Positions 14,936 through 33,696 are shown, counted from the stretch's first letter. The stretch: DNA of 64,000 nucleotides from the human T2T-CHM13v2.0 reference genome, Homo sapiens (GCF_009914755.1 NC_060935.1); one strand, 5' to 3'. Program-made: numbers and translations. The notes: generated by a model from the letters alone, not told the origin.

Positions 14936-17510
14936 TTGGTCAATTAAGCGATAAATACTATAAAAATTATAAATAGTGGTCAAACTGAAACATTTCTCTG
15001 TTTCAGAAACTTTTCACTTTAAGAAAGTCTTAAATTCATTGTTGATTACCTTGTTCACATTTTCTCGATCTCTCCTAGAGATCAAATTAGGACTGATTTG
15101 TATCAATAAATCTGGATTTTGATTTCCTTTATGACTTTGGATAGATTTCTGGATGGTGAGTGAATACAGACTTAAACTTTAAGAAAGTGCCTGCTTCCAG
15201 CTTCTGGCTGGAGGCTACACTTCCCAGCCTGTCAGAACAGCCACCCTGAAAACTGCAATCCATTATGAGAAATAAAGCTCTCTTTTTTAAATTAAAAAGA
15301 AAAAGGAATTAAAATGTAGGATTTGGTGACCAATTTAAGTATGTTAAAGATATGTTTTGGCTACTGAGCTTCCTCTGAGATTCTTTATACTCAAACACAA
15401 ACAAAGCACTGAATTTCAACCTGAAAATATGTCATGTGTTTCAAATAACTTGAAGAACAAAAACAACAACAAAAATCCTGTTATTTTCTGGGAAAAATGA
15501 TTCATTTCAGGTAAAACCCATGACATATTTTTAGGTCACCAAATCCCACGTTTTAATTCCTTTTTCATTAGGAGAGTCCACCCATGATAAACAATAGGAA
15601 GGTTGTAATGAGTTTCTGTCTTTGTCCTCAGGCAAGAAGAAATTCAAATACATTCTTTCTGTGTGAATTCATTTCTTTTCCACCTCAGCTGTTCAAATCT
15701 CCAAAATGAATAACTATTGCCAGCACTGTCTTGTTCATGCTTGTTTTTAAAGCTGTTTCTTTCTTTTGAGACGTAATCGCAGGCCCTTAAGAAAACCAGA
15801 AGGGACAAGCCAAGTGTCAATTATGTTTGTTGTTCCAGCTAGTCTGTTTCTGTAAGTGTATGATATAGGACAGAAAGAATTGGCCCATATTTTTTTCCAA
15901 TTTTGAGAAACTCTGAGCTTAATTTTTAGTTTTCCCAATTGTTTTTACTTTAGAATAAATTGCTTAGCATATCTAATTATAATAATGATGGCTCACATTT
16001 ACTGCGCATTAACTACATCAAGTACTTATTGTAAGTGACGCATGTGACCAGTTGCCAATTGTTCAGGCTACAGCTTGGATCTGTTAGCATCCTCATTTAA
16101 CAAATGGAGAAATTGTAGCACAGAGAAGGAACTTTCCCCAGGTTCCATGGTGAATAAATAGAGGAAGTGCTCAATGAGCCTAACTAATCTGGGTTGAAAG
16201 CTCATACTCTTACCCAGCCTCCAAGCTAGCAGATGGAAATCAAAATATCTTATTTTAAAGCTCTTTTCTAGGAGAAAAGATACCTTGATAAGCTGTTTTT
16301 CCAAGGAATGGGAGGCCATAATGACATGTTTAAATGAGACAATAAACAGGTTTACATAACTAGTTTACATTTAAAAAGAAAGATAAAGAAACAGGAACTT
16401 GGGTTCCTCCCAGAGGTCAAAGAAGGGAGGGGTCAGACAGAAGAGCAGAAGGTTGGCATCTGTGGGGAGGTCACTGTGGGGAGACGATTTTGGAGGTGGG
16501 TTTGCCAAAGGATATTAATAAGATTTTTCCCTCTAATTGTTTGATGGGGAGCATTAGAAACTCCATAAGATTTTGGATTTTGGAAGTCAAGTTTATTTAA
16601 ATCTTAAAGGATGAGTGATATCACCTACTTTTTGAGTTATAAATCTTTAATATAATTCTAATATTCAACATATATGCTTTGAAAACTGTGTTTTTAGATT
16701 TTCCACTGAATTTGAAATAGGATTATTTTTATAGTTGAATCTTGTCCTCTCCTACAGGTCAATTTTTAAGAATATATATCCAGGAAAAAGTAACTGCCCA
16801 TAAGCAAAAATGAGTGCAATTTCTGGTGCTCTCCTAACTGTAATATCACACGTATTTGTGCTACAGAACAAGAATAGGGACAAGGAAAGAAAACAAACTT
16901 GACCAACATTTGAGAATCTACTACATGTTAAGTAGTAAGTCATACTACTTTTTAAAATCCACTTTATCGAAGTAGAGTAAACATATACAATTCACTAATT
17001 TTATTTGCACAGCCTATATATATATACACTAGTGTCACCACTGCAACAATCATGATATAGAACATTTCTATCACCCCAGAAAGTTTACTCATGATCCTTT
17101 GTAGTCAATCCCTCCTCCCACTTCCCACCTTTGGCAATCAGTGACCTGCTTTCTGTTACTATAGTTTTGTCTCCTCTAATTTTTCATATAAATGGAATCA
17201 TATATCATGAAGTCTTTTGTATCTGGTTTCATTCACTTTCCATATTGCTTTTGGGATTCATCCATATTGTTTCATGTGTCAGTCATTTCTTCCTTTTTGT
17301 TGTTGAGTATGGACATTCCAGTTTGTCTATTCATCAACTGATAGATATTTGGGTTGTTTCTAGATTTTAGCTATCATAAATAAAACTTTCATGAACATTT
17401 ATGTGCAAATACTTATTTGGGCAGGTTTTCATTCTTCTTGGGTAAACATTTAGAGTAGGATCATTGGGTCACAGAAGTGTGGGTTTAATTTTATAATAAA
17501 TTGCCAAACT

Positions 17511-18205
<695 letters not shown>

Positions 18206-18436
18206 TAAATATTAACCATCTTATTTATGTATTTATTTATTTTAAAATGCATCATAAACTCTTTATTTCAGTGAATGGCAGAGTTTCACAGCAACACACC
18301 TTTGAAAGCAAACATTAAGAATATGTTATCAGAGCATGTTTCTTTCTCCATTGAATGTTCACCATTTTACTGGGTATTCAGTAGTATCTCCTTGTGGTTT
18401 AGCACTTACCTAATGACTAATGATATTGAAAAATCT

Positions 18437-19754
<1,318 letters not shown>

Positions 19755-19779
19755 TTATAAGAATTCTTTATATATTTAA

Positions 19780-20632
<853 letters not shown>

Positions 20633-21673
20633 AACTTTTTATTCTTTCAATATTGTTTTTTGAAAGCAAAGGTTTTAAATGTTAAAGTTTAATTCATTCA
20701 TTTTTTAATGGTTAATAGTTTTTATGTTCTACCTAAGAAATCTTTGCTTAGTCCAAAGTCCCAAAATTTTTTTAAAAAATATTTTTTGCAAGTTTTATAA
20801 TTTTATTTCTTATATTTAGAGGTCTATGGCACATTTTTATTAATTTTTGTGAATAGTGTGAGGTAGGGGTCAACATTCTTTTTTCATGCATATGGATATT
20901 TGATTATTCCAGCACTATATATTTTTTTCACAAAGACTACTAACTACTACCTGCTGAGTGTTAAGCTGTACTTCTTAAAATTTACTTTGTGTTTCAAACA
21001 TAGAATAACTCTTTTATGCACCTCTTCTTTTAGGCAACTGGGAACACTGAACTCCAGGGAAGTGGGGGTGGGGACCAACTGTAGGAATTTGTGTGATTTT
21101 CTATGCCTATTTTCTATCAGTTGACGTAATGCCCAATATATCACCTCATCAGAAGCAAGTTCCACTGATAATCTCCCATTTTCTGGGTCAAAAATTTTGT
21201 TAAGAGCTTTGCTAAGCACTTAACTTTGAGGGTATAATGATAAAATCAAGCCATAAGCATTTAGAAAGTCAACAAATCCATGATGGAACAAAGAGTACAG
21301 AAACTTTCTACCCATAGGCTCAGATGATGCACATATACCACAAACACAGGATGAAAATCCTCACATTTCTTGTGTCTGAAATCAGTGTGCAGAAAACTTA
21401 ATTTTATATTCCTTAAGAAATGTTTAACGGCGTTGGTCAATGTTTGTGAGGCTGGGGGAACACTTCTCTCCTACTTCTGCTAGTTCCTTACTTGTCAGAG
21501 AATAACCTCTAACGTAACTCACCCTGCATCTATCCAGGCTGTCACCCTTCTCTTTGGGAGGTGGAGTAACTTACTTGATTGATGGGTTCAGAACATGCAT
21601 AGGGATGAGCACTGTAGTTTATTGGGGCTCTTAAACTCCAAAGGTCCAGACAAAATAGAATGCTAAAGATTGG

Positions 21674-21920
21674 TTTAATAAATGTTTCAGTATTCAGTTA
21701 TAAGACATGTCTTCTCCAAGTCCACAAAGCATGAAATAGGCTTAAAGTACAGTCAGAGATTTTTGTTTCTACATAATAACTTCCTATTAAAAGAATCAGG
21801 CAGCTCAAAATGGCCATTGAATTTGGATATTTAGAACTAGGACCAGCAACTTGTTGTTAAAGAATGGTTTTATTCTATTTTGAAGCAGAATTTATATTAA
21901 AAGACCTGTTGAGGTTTATT
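21674..21920 (-). terminator. MMP27: MMP27 candidate polyadenylation signals
   Basis: Minus-strand AATAAA at 21915-21920 and 21869-21874, ATTAAA at 21674-21679; usage cannot be read from sequence. Confidence 0.6.
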
Positions 21921-21934
21921 TTAGGTCTATGAAT

Positions 21935-22179
21935 TTATTGATAAATAGAAGTGTTTTTCAGCAAATGAACAATACCAAAAATAAACAAGCTTAAACTCTT
22001 ATGATACAATATCTTTATGCCTCCTGAATGTGCTTTTTCCTTGTTGATATCAAAACCAAATGAGGAGTTCTTTGGTTCTTTGCATTGAAACCAAGTATTA
22101 GTTCTCATGATTCGGGTAATATTCTTTGTCTTAATGTTGTATTCAAATTGCTTTGATCCACGGCTGAAAAAGAAGAATC
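21935..22179 (-). CDS. MMP27: MMP27 exon 10 coding part (end of hemopexin + hydrophobic C-terminal extension)
   Basis: FFFFSRGSKQFEYNIKTKNITRIMRTNTWFQCKEPKNSS...SLSLFIFGIVHLLKNTSIYQ*; TAA at 21937-21935. Confidence 0.96.
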
Positions 22180-23106
22180 CTAGAGACAGGGAATCAGGAT
22201 TAGTTATCTTTCATAACTATATAATACTTCCATACTTTTAAATTTTATAAACATGGAAAAAAATAACATTATGGAGAACGAAGAAATTTGTGGAATCACA
22301 TACATACATTTTAGTTTTCTACTGTCATGTGGGAAATCCTATTATTTTTATTTCCCTAAGGAGGAAGCCAGTGTTATAAAGGGTGAGTTTCAAGGGACTT
22401 TTTACCTTTCTAGCCAGACTGTGGTCTATGCCAGAGGTTTTCAAACTAGGCTTCAACAAAGTGTCTCAGTGAGGGGGAGGAAAAGGCCCCTGTGGATATG
22501 GCCTTGGTCTCTATATTCTCATTTTCTTAGAGCCGTTCTACTTTGATCTGTTTTAGGTTTTGAGGTTCTGTGTTAGATTTCATTGTAATAATAGATCATG
22601 TCACTCAAAGATATTTCTAGATTACCCCATGGTCTAGGTCATTGTCTTGGATGATATAGTTGCTGGATTGTATTCATTACATTGCCTGAGGTTCTTTTAA
22701 AACTGCAGATTCTTAGGTATCACTCACAATTCTGCCTAAAATACTTTGTTTCACACACAAACCCCAAGCTATGTACATTAAGGTACATACATTAAAGTTT
22801 GAGAATCATTGTTTTGTTCATGTGCTTAGTCACTTCGCACACTTTAGGGGGTGTCTTTACTTATCAATGATGAGTAAAATGGATTTGGTACTTTTTACAT
22901 AGATTTGAGATAGTATAACAGAGAGTATAATTCAGGATTTATGGATTCAGTTTGTGATAATGTTTGTGGGGTTAATGTTTATTATTGTATATACTTAAGA
23001 GTAGCAAAATTGCATTAAAATAAAAGCATTTAAGTTTTTGTGCTGTCTTTTTTCACAGTCAACACAGTCTCTCAAGTATCCCAATAAGTGAGACATCCAT
23101 GCTTAC

Positions 23107-23210
23107 CTTTGTACTGGAAAGCAGCATCAACACGGATACTGATTCCAGGAAAGTGTTTTACCACTCTCTGCGGGAATCCTTTGTCCATGGTTTGGGTCAT
23201 TTCATCAAAC
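23107..23210 (-). CDS. MMP27: MMP27 exon 9 (hemopexin)
   Basis: FDEMTQTMDKGFPQRVVKHFPGISIRVDAAFQYK. Confidence 0.96.
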
Positions 23211-23653
23211 CTGCATACAAGAATATGAAAGGATACCAGCGGATCTTTGGTTTGGGGAGCTTAATTTGTCTACCGCACAACTTAGAGTCAAGCAGGGATG
23301 TGGGGAATACATAGGCATAGTAGAGGAAAACTAATTGGATCAATAATAAAAATACAGTAAAGATTATGTTTGGTTGAATCATTTATAGAATCTTCCAAAC
23401 AAGAAATGATCAGGGAAAAAGGGCACAACATATGTTAGATTGATGCTATTCAGAGAAATCGTTACATCAGATTGAAGGCTGAGCTTGGAGCTTTCAAAAT
23501 TTTTCACTAGATATGTTTGTGTCATTGGCAATTTGGTTGGGATCACCAACTTTTTATTTTATCTTATCTTTTTTTTTAAATTGAAGGAAAGTCATTAGAC
23601 TCATTGAGATCTCTTTCGGCTTGATAAATGTCATCCACTGCCTTCATTATTCA

Positions 23654-23977
<324 letters not shown>

Positions 23978-24073
23978 ATTATGGATTCATTTTAATTTTG
24001 TCTGTGTCAAAGTGATGCTATTGTGAATATTTTTCTCCATAATAAAACAAAGTGTCAATTGTCTGTAAACTTA

Positions 24074-24256
<183 letters not shown>

Positions 24257-24689
24257 TTATTTTCTAGAGGGAGAAATAGGTATCTCAAGAAATTTAAAAA
24301 TCATTAGATACCTAGTTCCTTTTAGCTTCAGTGCTTAGAGATTTAATAATCTTATGTCCACATTCATTCCTACCACTTTCTTTAGCTGCTCATATTATTT
24401 ATATTACACAAATAATATATACCTGTAAAAGTCAATAGTATGCGTACCTTTGTCAATTGGTTTCATTGCATTGATTGCTTTTAATTGGCTAACTCTGTCA
24501 AAACAATCAAGTAAGCAATGCATATATGTATTTAAACATCACATTGTACCCCATAAATATGTACAATTATTATGTCAATTGAAATTTTTAAAATGAAGTA
24601 TGTTTGGACATGTTCTCCTAAGTTTCAGCCCCCAAGTGCTCTCAAAGGCTAGTAATCTGATAAGATCATGATCATTAAACAGAAAATGT

Positions 24690-24845
24690 CAGTTAAATTT
24701 GATTTCAAGTAAAGAATGACTAACTTTTGGTATAAATAAATACAAAATATTTTAAGGGATATATATATATACCAAAAAATTATTTGTTGTTTATCTGAAA
24801 TTTATAGTGTCCTATATTTTTATTTGCCAAATCTGGCAACCTTAG
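24690..24845. mobile_element. MER53-like DNA element
   Basis: tatttttatttgccaaatctggcaacc terminus. Confidence 0.55.
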
Positions 24846-25135
24846 TAAAAAGTGAACATTAAAGACAGATTAATTACCTTTATTTGGCAGAAAAAGAGAC
24901 TTTTTTAGTTTTTATCACACAGGTTTATTTTAGTCCCTGTGCAACTAGGATTGTGTTTATCTTCACAGCCACAGAGAATCCTGGTTATTTATATTCTTTA
25001 CGACAGGAACCTAAGATGAGAGCAAAAGCCCTGCGCCTTGGCTCATGCATGAAGATTTTATTTCTTACACCAAAATATCCACTGGTTAGTTCAGGCAGCC
25101 AGAGGGAGAAGAGGAATCGGGATGGGCCAGGTTAC

Positions 25136-25266
25136 CTTTAAAAACCAGAATCTTATCTCTGGGGTTCTCGTATGCAGCTTGCAGATCAGCTGGCAGAGAT
25201 GGCCAGAATGAAGCAATTAATTCAAACTCAACATCCGTGATATCATAATAGATCCTCCATAGGTGC
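25136..25266 (-). CDS. MMP27: MMP27 exon 7 (hemopexin)
   Basis: HLWRIYYDITDVEFELIASFWPSLPADLQAAYENPRDKILVFK. Confidence 0.96.
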
Positions 25267-26054
25267 CTGTGTTAAACAAAAAACACTTTACACTTGCAGC
25301 CTATTTCCATGTCAATGAGAATTTTGTAATCTTAGGCTTGCCTTTTAGCTAATTGGTTGGTATCTTCCTCAAATAATTGAGATAATTAGCATAATTTTCC
25401 CCAGTAAATTTAGGTGATTGTGAGTTCAGTTCAGTTTGGGACTTCCAAGTCCAGGACATGCCTTTGTGCCCACTCTTGGATCCGTAGAGTGGCAAACTCA
25501 TCATGGAAATCTTATTCTGAGTTCTGAGTGCTCAATGGTTTTGTTTTTGCCAAAGCAGCAACACCCAACATTCTAAGCCAACACCAAGCATTCCTAAGAG
25601 GAACTTTTTGAAGCAGATGCTTGCTGGAATAAAGAAATGTAATCACTGACATGCGAAAATACTTCTTCAGAATTTCCCTTCTGGCTGCAAAATTCTGAGT
25701 CTATGAATGAGACGTGAAAAGTCCTTATATTCCATTTCCCTCCACATACAGGCCACTCCTCTGTGACATTCATGGTGGGTAGCTCTTGGCCTCTGCTGGT
25801 CAGAGAATGGTGGTGATAACATGTGATTGTAACGCGATATATTCATGGGAGAAAGGAGTCCAATTTCAAATATTCTTTCCTTTTGCCCCTATATCTTTGT
25901 CAATGGTGTATGTCTTGGTATTTTGCTATAAAAATATGGTCATGGTCTACATAACTGACACACCATGCTGTAACTTAAGTTCAATAAATTGTAGTGAGAG
26001 AAGGGATTTCCCACTACAGCTAACACTTTATTGATGCAACTTTAAGAAACGTTC

Positions 26055-26260
26055 AGTGAGGTGCTGACCCATGTTTAACAACTGGCTCTCCAGGTGGGAA
26101 GAAGACATGACTTTAATCATTTGCTGATTTTCAGATGTAAATACTCCAACCATGGCCAATTTCAAGCTGCCTATGTGATGTGAACTGGTTTGCAAAATTC
26201 CTGAAAATTTAACAATAGACTCCTGTAACGGAGTGTAAGTTGGCTTCAGTAGGCCACTGG
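26055..26260. mobile_element. MER63-like DNA element
   Basis: gtaaatactccaaccatggccaatttcaagct...ccactgg. Confidence 0.6.
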
Positions 26261-26539
26261 GATTGGTGGACTCTTCTGGCCAAAAAGTCACTGAAAGTGG
26301 ACTCTATTTCCCTTTCTTATGCAATGGCAATTTTTAAAATTCCTTAAAGACATTTAAAAATTTATCAAACAACTACAAGATACACACATATGGTAAAGCA
26401 TTCAAACAGTATAGGCAGTTATAAAATGAAGATAAAAGGCACACATTTTCACTAGCCCCATGACTACCTCTTTATCCTCAAATCTCTTGAAAAGAAAAAT
26501 CTTCATAGGAAGTTGAGGTGTTTAGAGAAATGAGTTTAC

Positions 26540-26660
26540 CTGCCTTTAAAGAACATTACTTCTCTGCGGAAAGTTGTGATAGCGTCAAAAGTCAAGTCAG
26601 GGTCACAGGCATGGGGTATAGTGGGTTCCTTTGGCTTAGCAGGTACCTTAGGCAGACCTC
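26540..26660 (-). CDS. MMP27: MMP27 exon 6 (hinge, start of hemopexin domain)
   Basis: [39 protein letters not shown]; AG|GTAAAC donor. Confidence 0.96.
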
Positions 26661-26842
26661 CTTTGATGAGAAAAAAAATACCACAATGAATTAAGAGGGC
26701 ATGAAGAAATATGCCTACACAAGGGTCTTACCTAAGTGGATATTTGCTTCATGATAATATTTCAAGAAGTGATTTTCTTAACTTCCTTTCTGAAAAGCTT
26801 CCTATTTAGTTCACATATATTGAGATTTATAATTTTGCTCAC

Positions 26843-27004
26843 CATAGATGGACTGGATTCCATTGATATCATCCTGAGAAAGTGGGTATTTTCTGGGATC
26901 CAGGGAGACATAATTTGGGAACATCAAGGCTGTTTGATCATTGGAGTGAGAGAGCCCCAGTGCATGACCAAATTCATGAGCAGCCACAAGAAACAAGTTG
27001 AATC
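26843..27004 (-). CDS. MMP27: MMP27 exon 5 (zinc-binding motif, Met-turn)
   Basis: [31 protein letters not shown]...QSIY. Confidence 0.98.
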
Positions 27005-27167
27005 CTTGATAATAACAGGGAAAACACGAGCACATGACTTAATCAAAAAGAGAATGGCTGCATGTGAGATTAGAAAGTAACTAAGGGGAATGAAATAAAG
27101 GCTTGCTATACAGCAGATAATTCTCATATGTACCACCATTTATCTGGGAGGTATTGCAATGCTAATA

Positions 27168-28557
27168 AGTCATGTGTTGCTTAATGATATGGATATGTTC
27201 TGAGAAATGCATCATTGAGCAAACATTATAGGGTGCACTTACACAAACCTAGATGGCACAGCCCACTACACACCAAGGTTACATGGTATAGCCTCTTGCT
27301 CCCAGGCTACAAACCTGTATTGCACGTTACTGTACTGAATATTATAGGCAATTGTAGCACAATGGTAAGCAATTATTTAGCGCAATGGTAAGCATTTGTC
27401 TATCTAAACATATCTGAACATGGAGAAGGTACAGTAAAAATATGGTATAAAAGATAAAAAATAGTACAGCTATGTAGGACACTTACCATGAATGGAGCTT
27501 GCAGGACTGGAAGTTGCTCTGGGTGAGTCAGTGAGTGAGTGGTGAGTGAATGTGAAGGCCTAGGACTTACAGTACATTATGTAGACTATATAAACACTAG
27601 ACACTTAAGCTACACCAAATTAAAAATATTTTTCTTCAATAATAAATTAACTTTTGCTTACTGTAACTTTTTTACTTTATAAATTTTTTTTTTGAGGCAG
27701 GGTCTTGCTCTGTTGCCCAGGCTGGAGTGGTGTGATTACAGCTCACTGCAGCTTCAAACTCCTAGGCTTGGACAATCCTCCTCCCTCAGCCTCCTGTGCA
27801 GCTGGGACTACAGGAGCATGCCACCATGTCCAGCTAATTTTCTTATTTATTTTTGTAGAGATGGGGGTCTCACTATGTTGCCCAGGCTGATCTTGAACTC
27901 CGGGCTAAAGCAATCCTCCGGCTTGGTCTTTCGAAGTGCTGGGATTACAGGTGTGAGCCACCACACCTGGCCTAAACTTTTAAATTTTTAAAATTTTGGA
28001 CTTTATTGTGACTTAGCTTAAAACACAAACTTGTCGTACAGCTGTACAAAAATATTTCCTTCCTTTGATCAGGGTCATCCGTATTACTGTCTTCCACCTC
28101 CACATCTTGTCCCACTGGAAAGTCTTCAGGGGCAATAACAGGCATGGAGCTGTCATCTCCTAGGATAACGATGCCTTCTTCTGGAATCCCTCCTGAAGGG
28201 CCTGCCTGAGGCTGTTTTACAGTTACCTATTCTTTCCTTCTTTCTTTTTTTTTGTACAAGTAGGAGTACATTCTAAAATAACCATAAGAGGTATAGTACA
28301 TTAAATACATAAACCAGTAACATGGTTGCTTATTATCAAGTATTATGTACTTCACACAATTGTATGTGCTGAACTTTTATATGACTGGCAGCACGGTAAG
28401 TTTGTTTATATCAACATCACCACAAACATGTGAGTAATGTGTTGTGCTGTGACATCACTAGGTGATAGGAAATTTTCAGCTCCATCATAATCGAATGGGA
28501 CCACTGTCATATCCATAGTCCATAGTTGACCAAAATATGATTAAATGGCACATAACT
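27168..28557. mobile_element. Tigger3-like DNA transposon with an Alu inserted at ~27685-27973 (-)
   Basis: Termini agtcatgtgttgcttaatg / cataatcgaatgggaccactgtcatat...ggcacataact; typical internal sequence. Confidence 0.8.
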
Positions 28558-29352
28558 TTAATTGGTACTAGTCACATCATGGAAAAATATAGCCTAGGGT
28601 AAGAAAATGGCTTGAAACCGGTGTCTCAGAAATGGATAATATTAAAAAAAAAAGAAGCCACCAGTTTGGGGTTGTTGCTAGACTACAGTATATGTGATCA
28701 TGTTGCTCCTACTTCTATTCTTCAGAGGTTCTGTATTGCTATAGGATAAAGTCCAAACACCTTCACATGACCTTCCATGGTCTAGTCCCTGCCTATTTTC
28801 AGCCTTATATTTTATTTTCATATTCTGCAAGCTAACTATGTTAAATCGCTGGCATTTTTCATCTGTGTCAGGTTCTTTCTAATCTCTATGTCTTCATACC
28901 TTTGTCTCTTTGCTAATAACATATCTCTTCCACTTTCTCTTGGCTTAACTATCCTATTTATTCCCCAGGACTCCCCTCTAAAGTTATTTCCTTCATGTAA
29001 CTTCCCTTATCCCTCCAGGTCTTATCCAGGTTGAGTTAAATGCATGGCTCCAGCTTCCACAGACTCAGCACTTGATTCTGTCATAGCCCGTAAGGACTGC
29101 ATTGTTTGTTTCTGTCACCCTGAGTACAGGAACCATGTCTTAATTATCTTTTATTCCTAGTGATTGTGACTGCTTAATAATGATTAATGGATGTCCAAGT
29201 GTTGTCTAATGCAAAAATGGTTAGATGTGTTTCCTAAACATGACCATAGTGCCCTTTCCAGAAGTCTTACCAGGCATGTTAGAATTGCCTTTGTCTTTGT
29301 CTGCCTCTCCCACTAGTCTGTAAGGCTCTAAGTATAGAAGACCACCCTCTTG

Positions 29353-29790
<438 letters not shown>

Positions 29791-32700
29791 TCATGGTCTT
29801 TGACACTTTTCTGCTCTTGCCTTTGTTGCTGCCCCTTGCCTGGCTGGCTATATCACTGTGTGTGCTTTTGGACAAGGAACTGGAAAAATGACTGTTGGGA
29901 AAAATAATTCAAGCTCAGATTTTCTAAATGAAGTCCAGATCTTTATTCTGGCTTTCAAGACCCTCTGTAATCTGAATCCTATTCGCCATTTTAGCCTTGT
30001 CTTCTACAATTCTATTCCTTATGTTGGATTGAGCTATTCTGTTCAGAACACTCCTATTCACCCTCTTCACCCTACTTTGTCTTCTTAGTTCCTGCTGAGC
30101 CTCCAGTTCTCAGGCTTGACATAGCTTCCTCTGCTGACCTGTGGGTCTGGGTTGGACTTTCTTCTGTGAGGACCTATTACATTGCCATAGTTTCCTGTAT
30201 CTCAGTACTGATCCTACTGATTTTAGTTGCCATTTAATTGTCTATGTGTCCCTTAGACAGTGAAGCCCTGGAGGGCAGCTTCTGTGTCCTATATACAAGG
30301 GTATATTTCATTTTTATGACAGAGCCTGAGTCATAGTGGATGTTCAATAAATGATCATTGAGTGACTTTATTTACCAATGATTTGTAGAGTATTTCTCAT
30401 GTGACAACACTGTTATTGGCCATATGACGCTGTAGGTAAAAGATGACAAAAGTCTCTGTCTCATGGAGATGTGACTAAATAGACAAATTTGTGCATTATA
30501 CATTCATAGCTTTTCAAATATTTTTCCTTATGCCTAGAATGTAATTCCACCCTAGTTATCATTATCATCATCAATACTAACAATTGTCAACAGAATCTTT
30601 GATGTCAAGCACTTTCTGAGTGTTCACTATGGACAACTGCTCTGAAAGGGGTTTTCACCTTTATTAACCTAGTTAGGGTAAGGGTAATTTATTTCACCCT
30701 CCTAAAAGAAGAGCATCATTACTCTTTTACAGGCAAAGAAATAGAGAGTAAGAAAATTACTTGACTTGCCCCGGGTCCCTCAGCTGGTCAATGGGAAGCC
30801 CTGAAAGGAACCAGTGTCTGCCAAACTACAAACCATTGCTTTTTCTCCTTCCCAACACTGCATCTGTAGCAGTCTGTAAGGCCTGTTCAGTTGTTTGGTG
30901 CACACGTGTGTGCCACACACACACTCACAATAGGCTTGGCACCTGGCTTTGCTTTGAGAGACTCTCAGGAAAATCTCTGTATGTGCTTAAAGTCCTCTGA
31001 CATCCCCATGCGATGACCTGTTCTTCCCGGAGGAAGCAGCTTAATAGCATCATTGGCAGATGATGTGTCTGTTGCTCTTAAGCAAGTTACACCAAGATTT
31101 TTGCCACCCTTCCATAAAACAGAGCCTCCACATTGCAATGAAAGAGGTGATCATATAGGTTATTGCTGAATTGCCTATTTTTTAAAAATTGCAATTTTGT
31201 TGGAGATTACGTTTGCTTGATATTTTATGTTTCCATTGGAGAAGAGGAAGGTATTTTCCCCTTTAATGTCAGTGAACTAAGAGTTATACAATTGGATCAC
31301 AGAGGGCCCACAATTTCTACTCTGAGGGACTGAAATAAAGTGGTCAGAAGACAATCCTTTTTGGAACTGCTGCCTGGTTGCCCACCCAGAACTTGGTTGA
31401 GGACTGTATTTATCTCTTGCCTTGCTCAAGCGAGCCTTACCGATGTGGAACCCAGATACATCGGACTTAAAAAAAAATAACTTACCCCACATGTCCCCCT
31501 TGGCAGAGGGCTTAAAGCAGTATGGGTAAGAGTAACTGCTACTTAGCATTGGATTTAAGAGACAAAAGGATAGTGAAATCTTTGATCTCTGCCTCTAGCT
31601 ATGAAAGTAAAGCCTGGCTGAGCAAGGGGAGTCATTCTGATTTTGGCAAGTGCTAGGATATTTCCTGTAACTGTTTGGTGAAACACACCCGCAGTGTCTT
31701 CAGACTAATACCAAAGAAATATTGAAACATGTCTCAGCAGAAGATACACAACAGACATGGTTCATTCCTTTCCTCTCTTGCTTGGGTGACAATGTTATCT
31801 TACCTCCTTCAATTTCTTGTCTGCTTGTGATGCTAAGTCATGTGGCAATGGCAGCAGCCAATCCCAGATTTTGCCTGCTGCTGCCTGAACCTCAGCCAGT
31901 ACTGACTTTCGCCCTTTTCACTGGCACTTGGAAAAACAGTTGCATCACCTGTTCTGACTGAGCAGTGAGTGGCCATGGACCATTTTGTGTGACAGACTTT
32001 TAGTTTCACAGAAAGTGCAAAGCTGATCTAGACCGATTATCTGGAGATACATGGTCGGGAATGATCTGTGTCCTTGTATACTATCCATCAGGACCACTAC
32101 AACCTGTGCTTTCCTGTGACTCTGGAAGCTAGACACCAGACCCAAGGTAACTATTGCCAATGACAGAACAAAAGAATGGGGGACCCAAAAATCTATTGAG
32201 CTTGCTCTTTTCTTTGAGGCCTACATTGCTACCTGTTAATATAGTACAGTTTGATATTTTTGTCGGAACAGTAGTAAAACACCTTGAATGCCAGGCAGAC
32301 CCATTGAGAAAAATAAAATAAACTTACTTGGTTTGAAGAAATAAGTCAAATATAAGGATTAAGGTCTGATTCCTTTGCAGCTGGGCAAGAGTTAGAAGAG
32401 GAAGTTCATGCTTTGAATTAGAGCCTCTATGGGCTATGAATCCATATACTGTCCTTTAATTGCTAACTCAAAATTACCACCTCCCTAGAGTCTTCTTTCA
32501 ATCCTCAAGCAACAGATGACTTCTGCCACTGGTACAACACAAAACATCTTCTGCCTTATATGGCAGGTATGTGGGCTGGCCTTGTGTACCACACAGGATC
32601 ATGAACCTCTGAAGGCTTACACTTTTCTAGTACAACTTTGGGGTCCATAGGACACCTTGTATAGTTCCGGGCACACAGTGGCCCCTCAGACATTATGGGT

Positions 32701-32870
32701 GTATGAATGAATGTATAAATAATGAAGACTGCTCTGATCATAGTAGAAGTAGCAACTTTATGAGGGTGTATTGAACACTTCCATCAAGGTCATCTTGGAA
32801 TATGGAAAATTGTGGGGACATTGGGAACTTTAGAGTTAAAAAGCAGCTAGTTACAAAGCTATTCTTTTCA

Positions 32871-33294
<424 letters not shown>

Positions 33295-33696
33295 TTAACA
33301 AAAATATGTCAATTTCTGGCTTATTCATGCATGAATATACACACATAATTACAAAAAACATTTCTAGCTTATCAATAATGTGCTGCAGTAACTTTGGTGT
33401 GGTGCAATTATCTTACAGTTGCATTAGCACTTTATTTAAATGAAATACTCTTACATATACTATAGAATTAAATTCCTTTATCTTCCCTATGAATCAGTAG
33501 TATTAACACTTCAACAAAGGAGGCTGAAAGAGGTTAAATGACTTCACTAAGATCACATCCCAAGACAGCATTTATCTCATGTACGTGTTGGCTTGTATAT
33601 GAAAGTATTATAAAGACATTCTTAAAAAGAACTGAGAATCATTTTTTTGAATGGCTTGTAGAAATCAGTCTTGTGCATGTACCATATATTAAGAAC

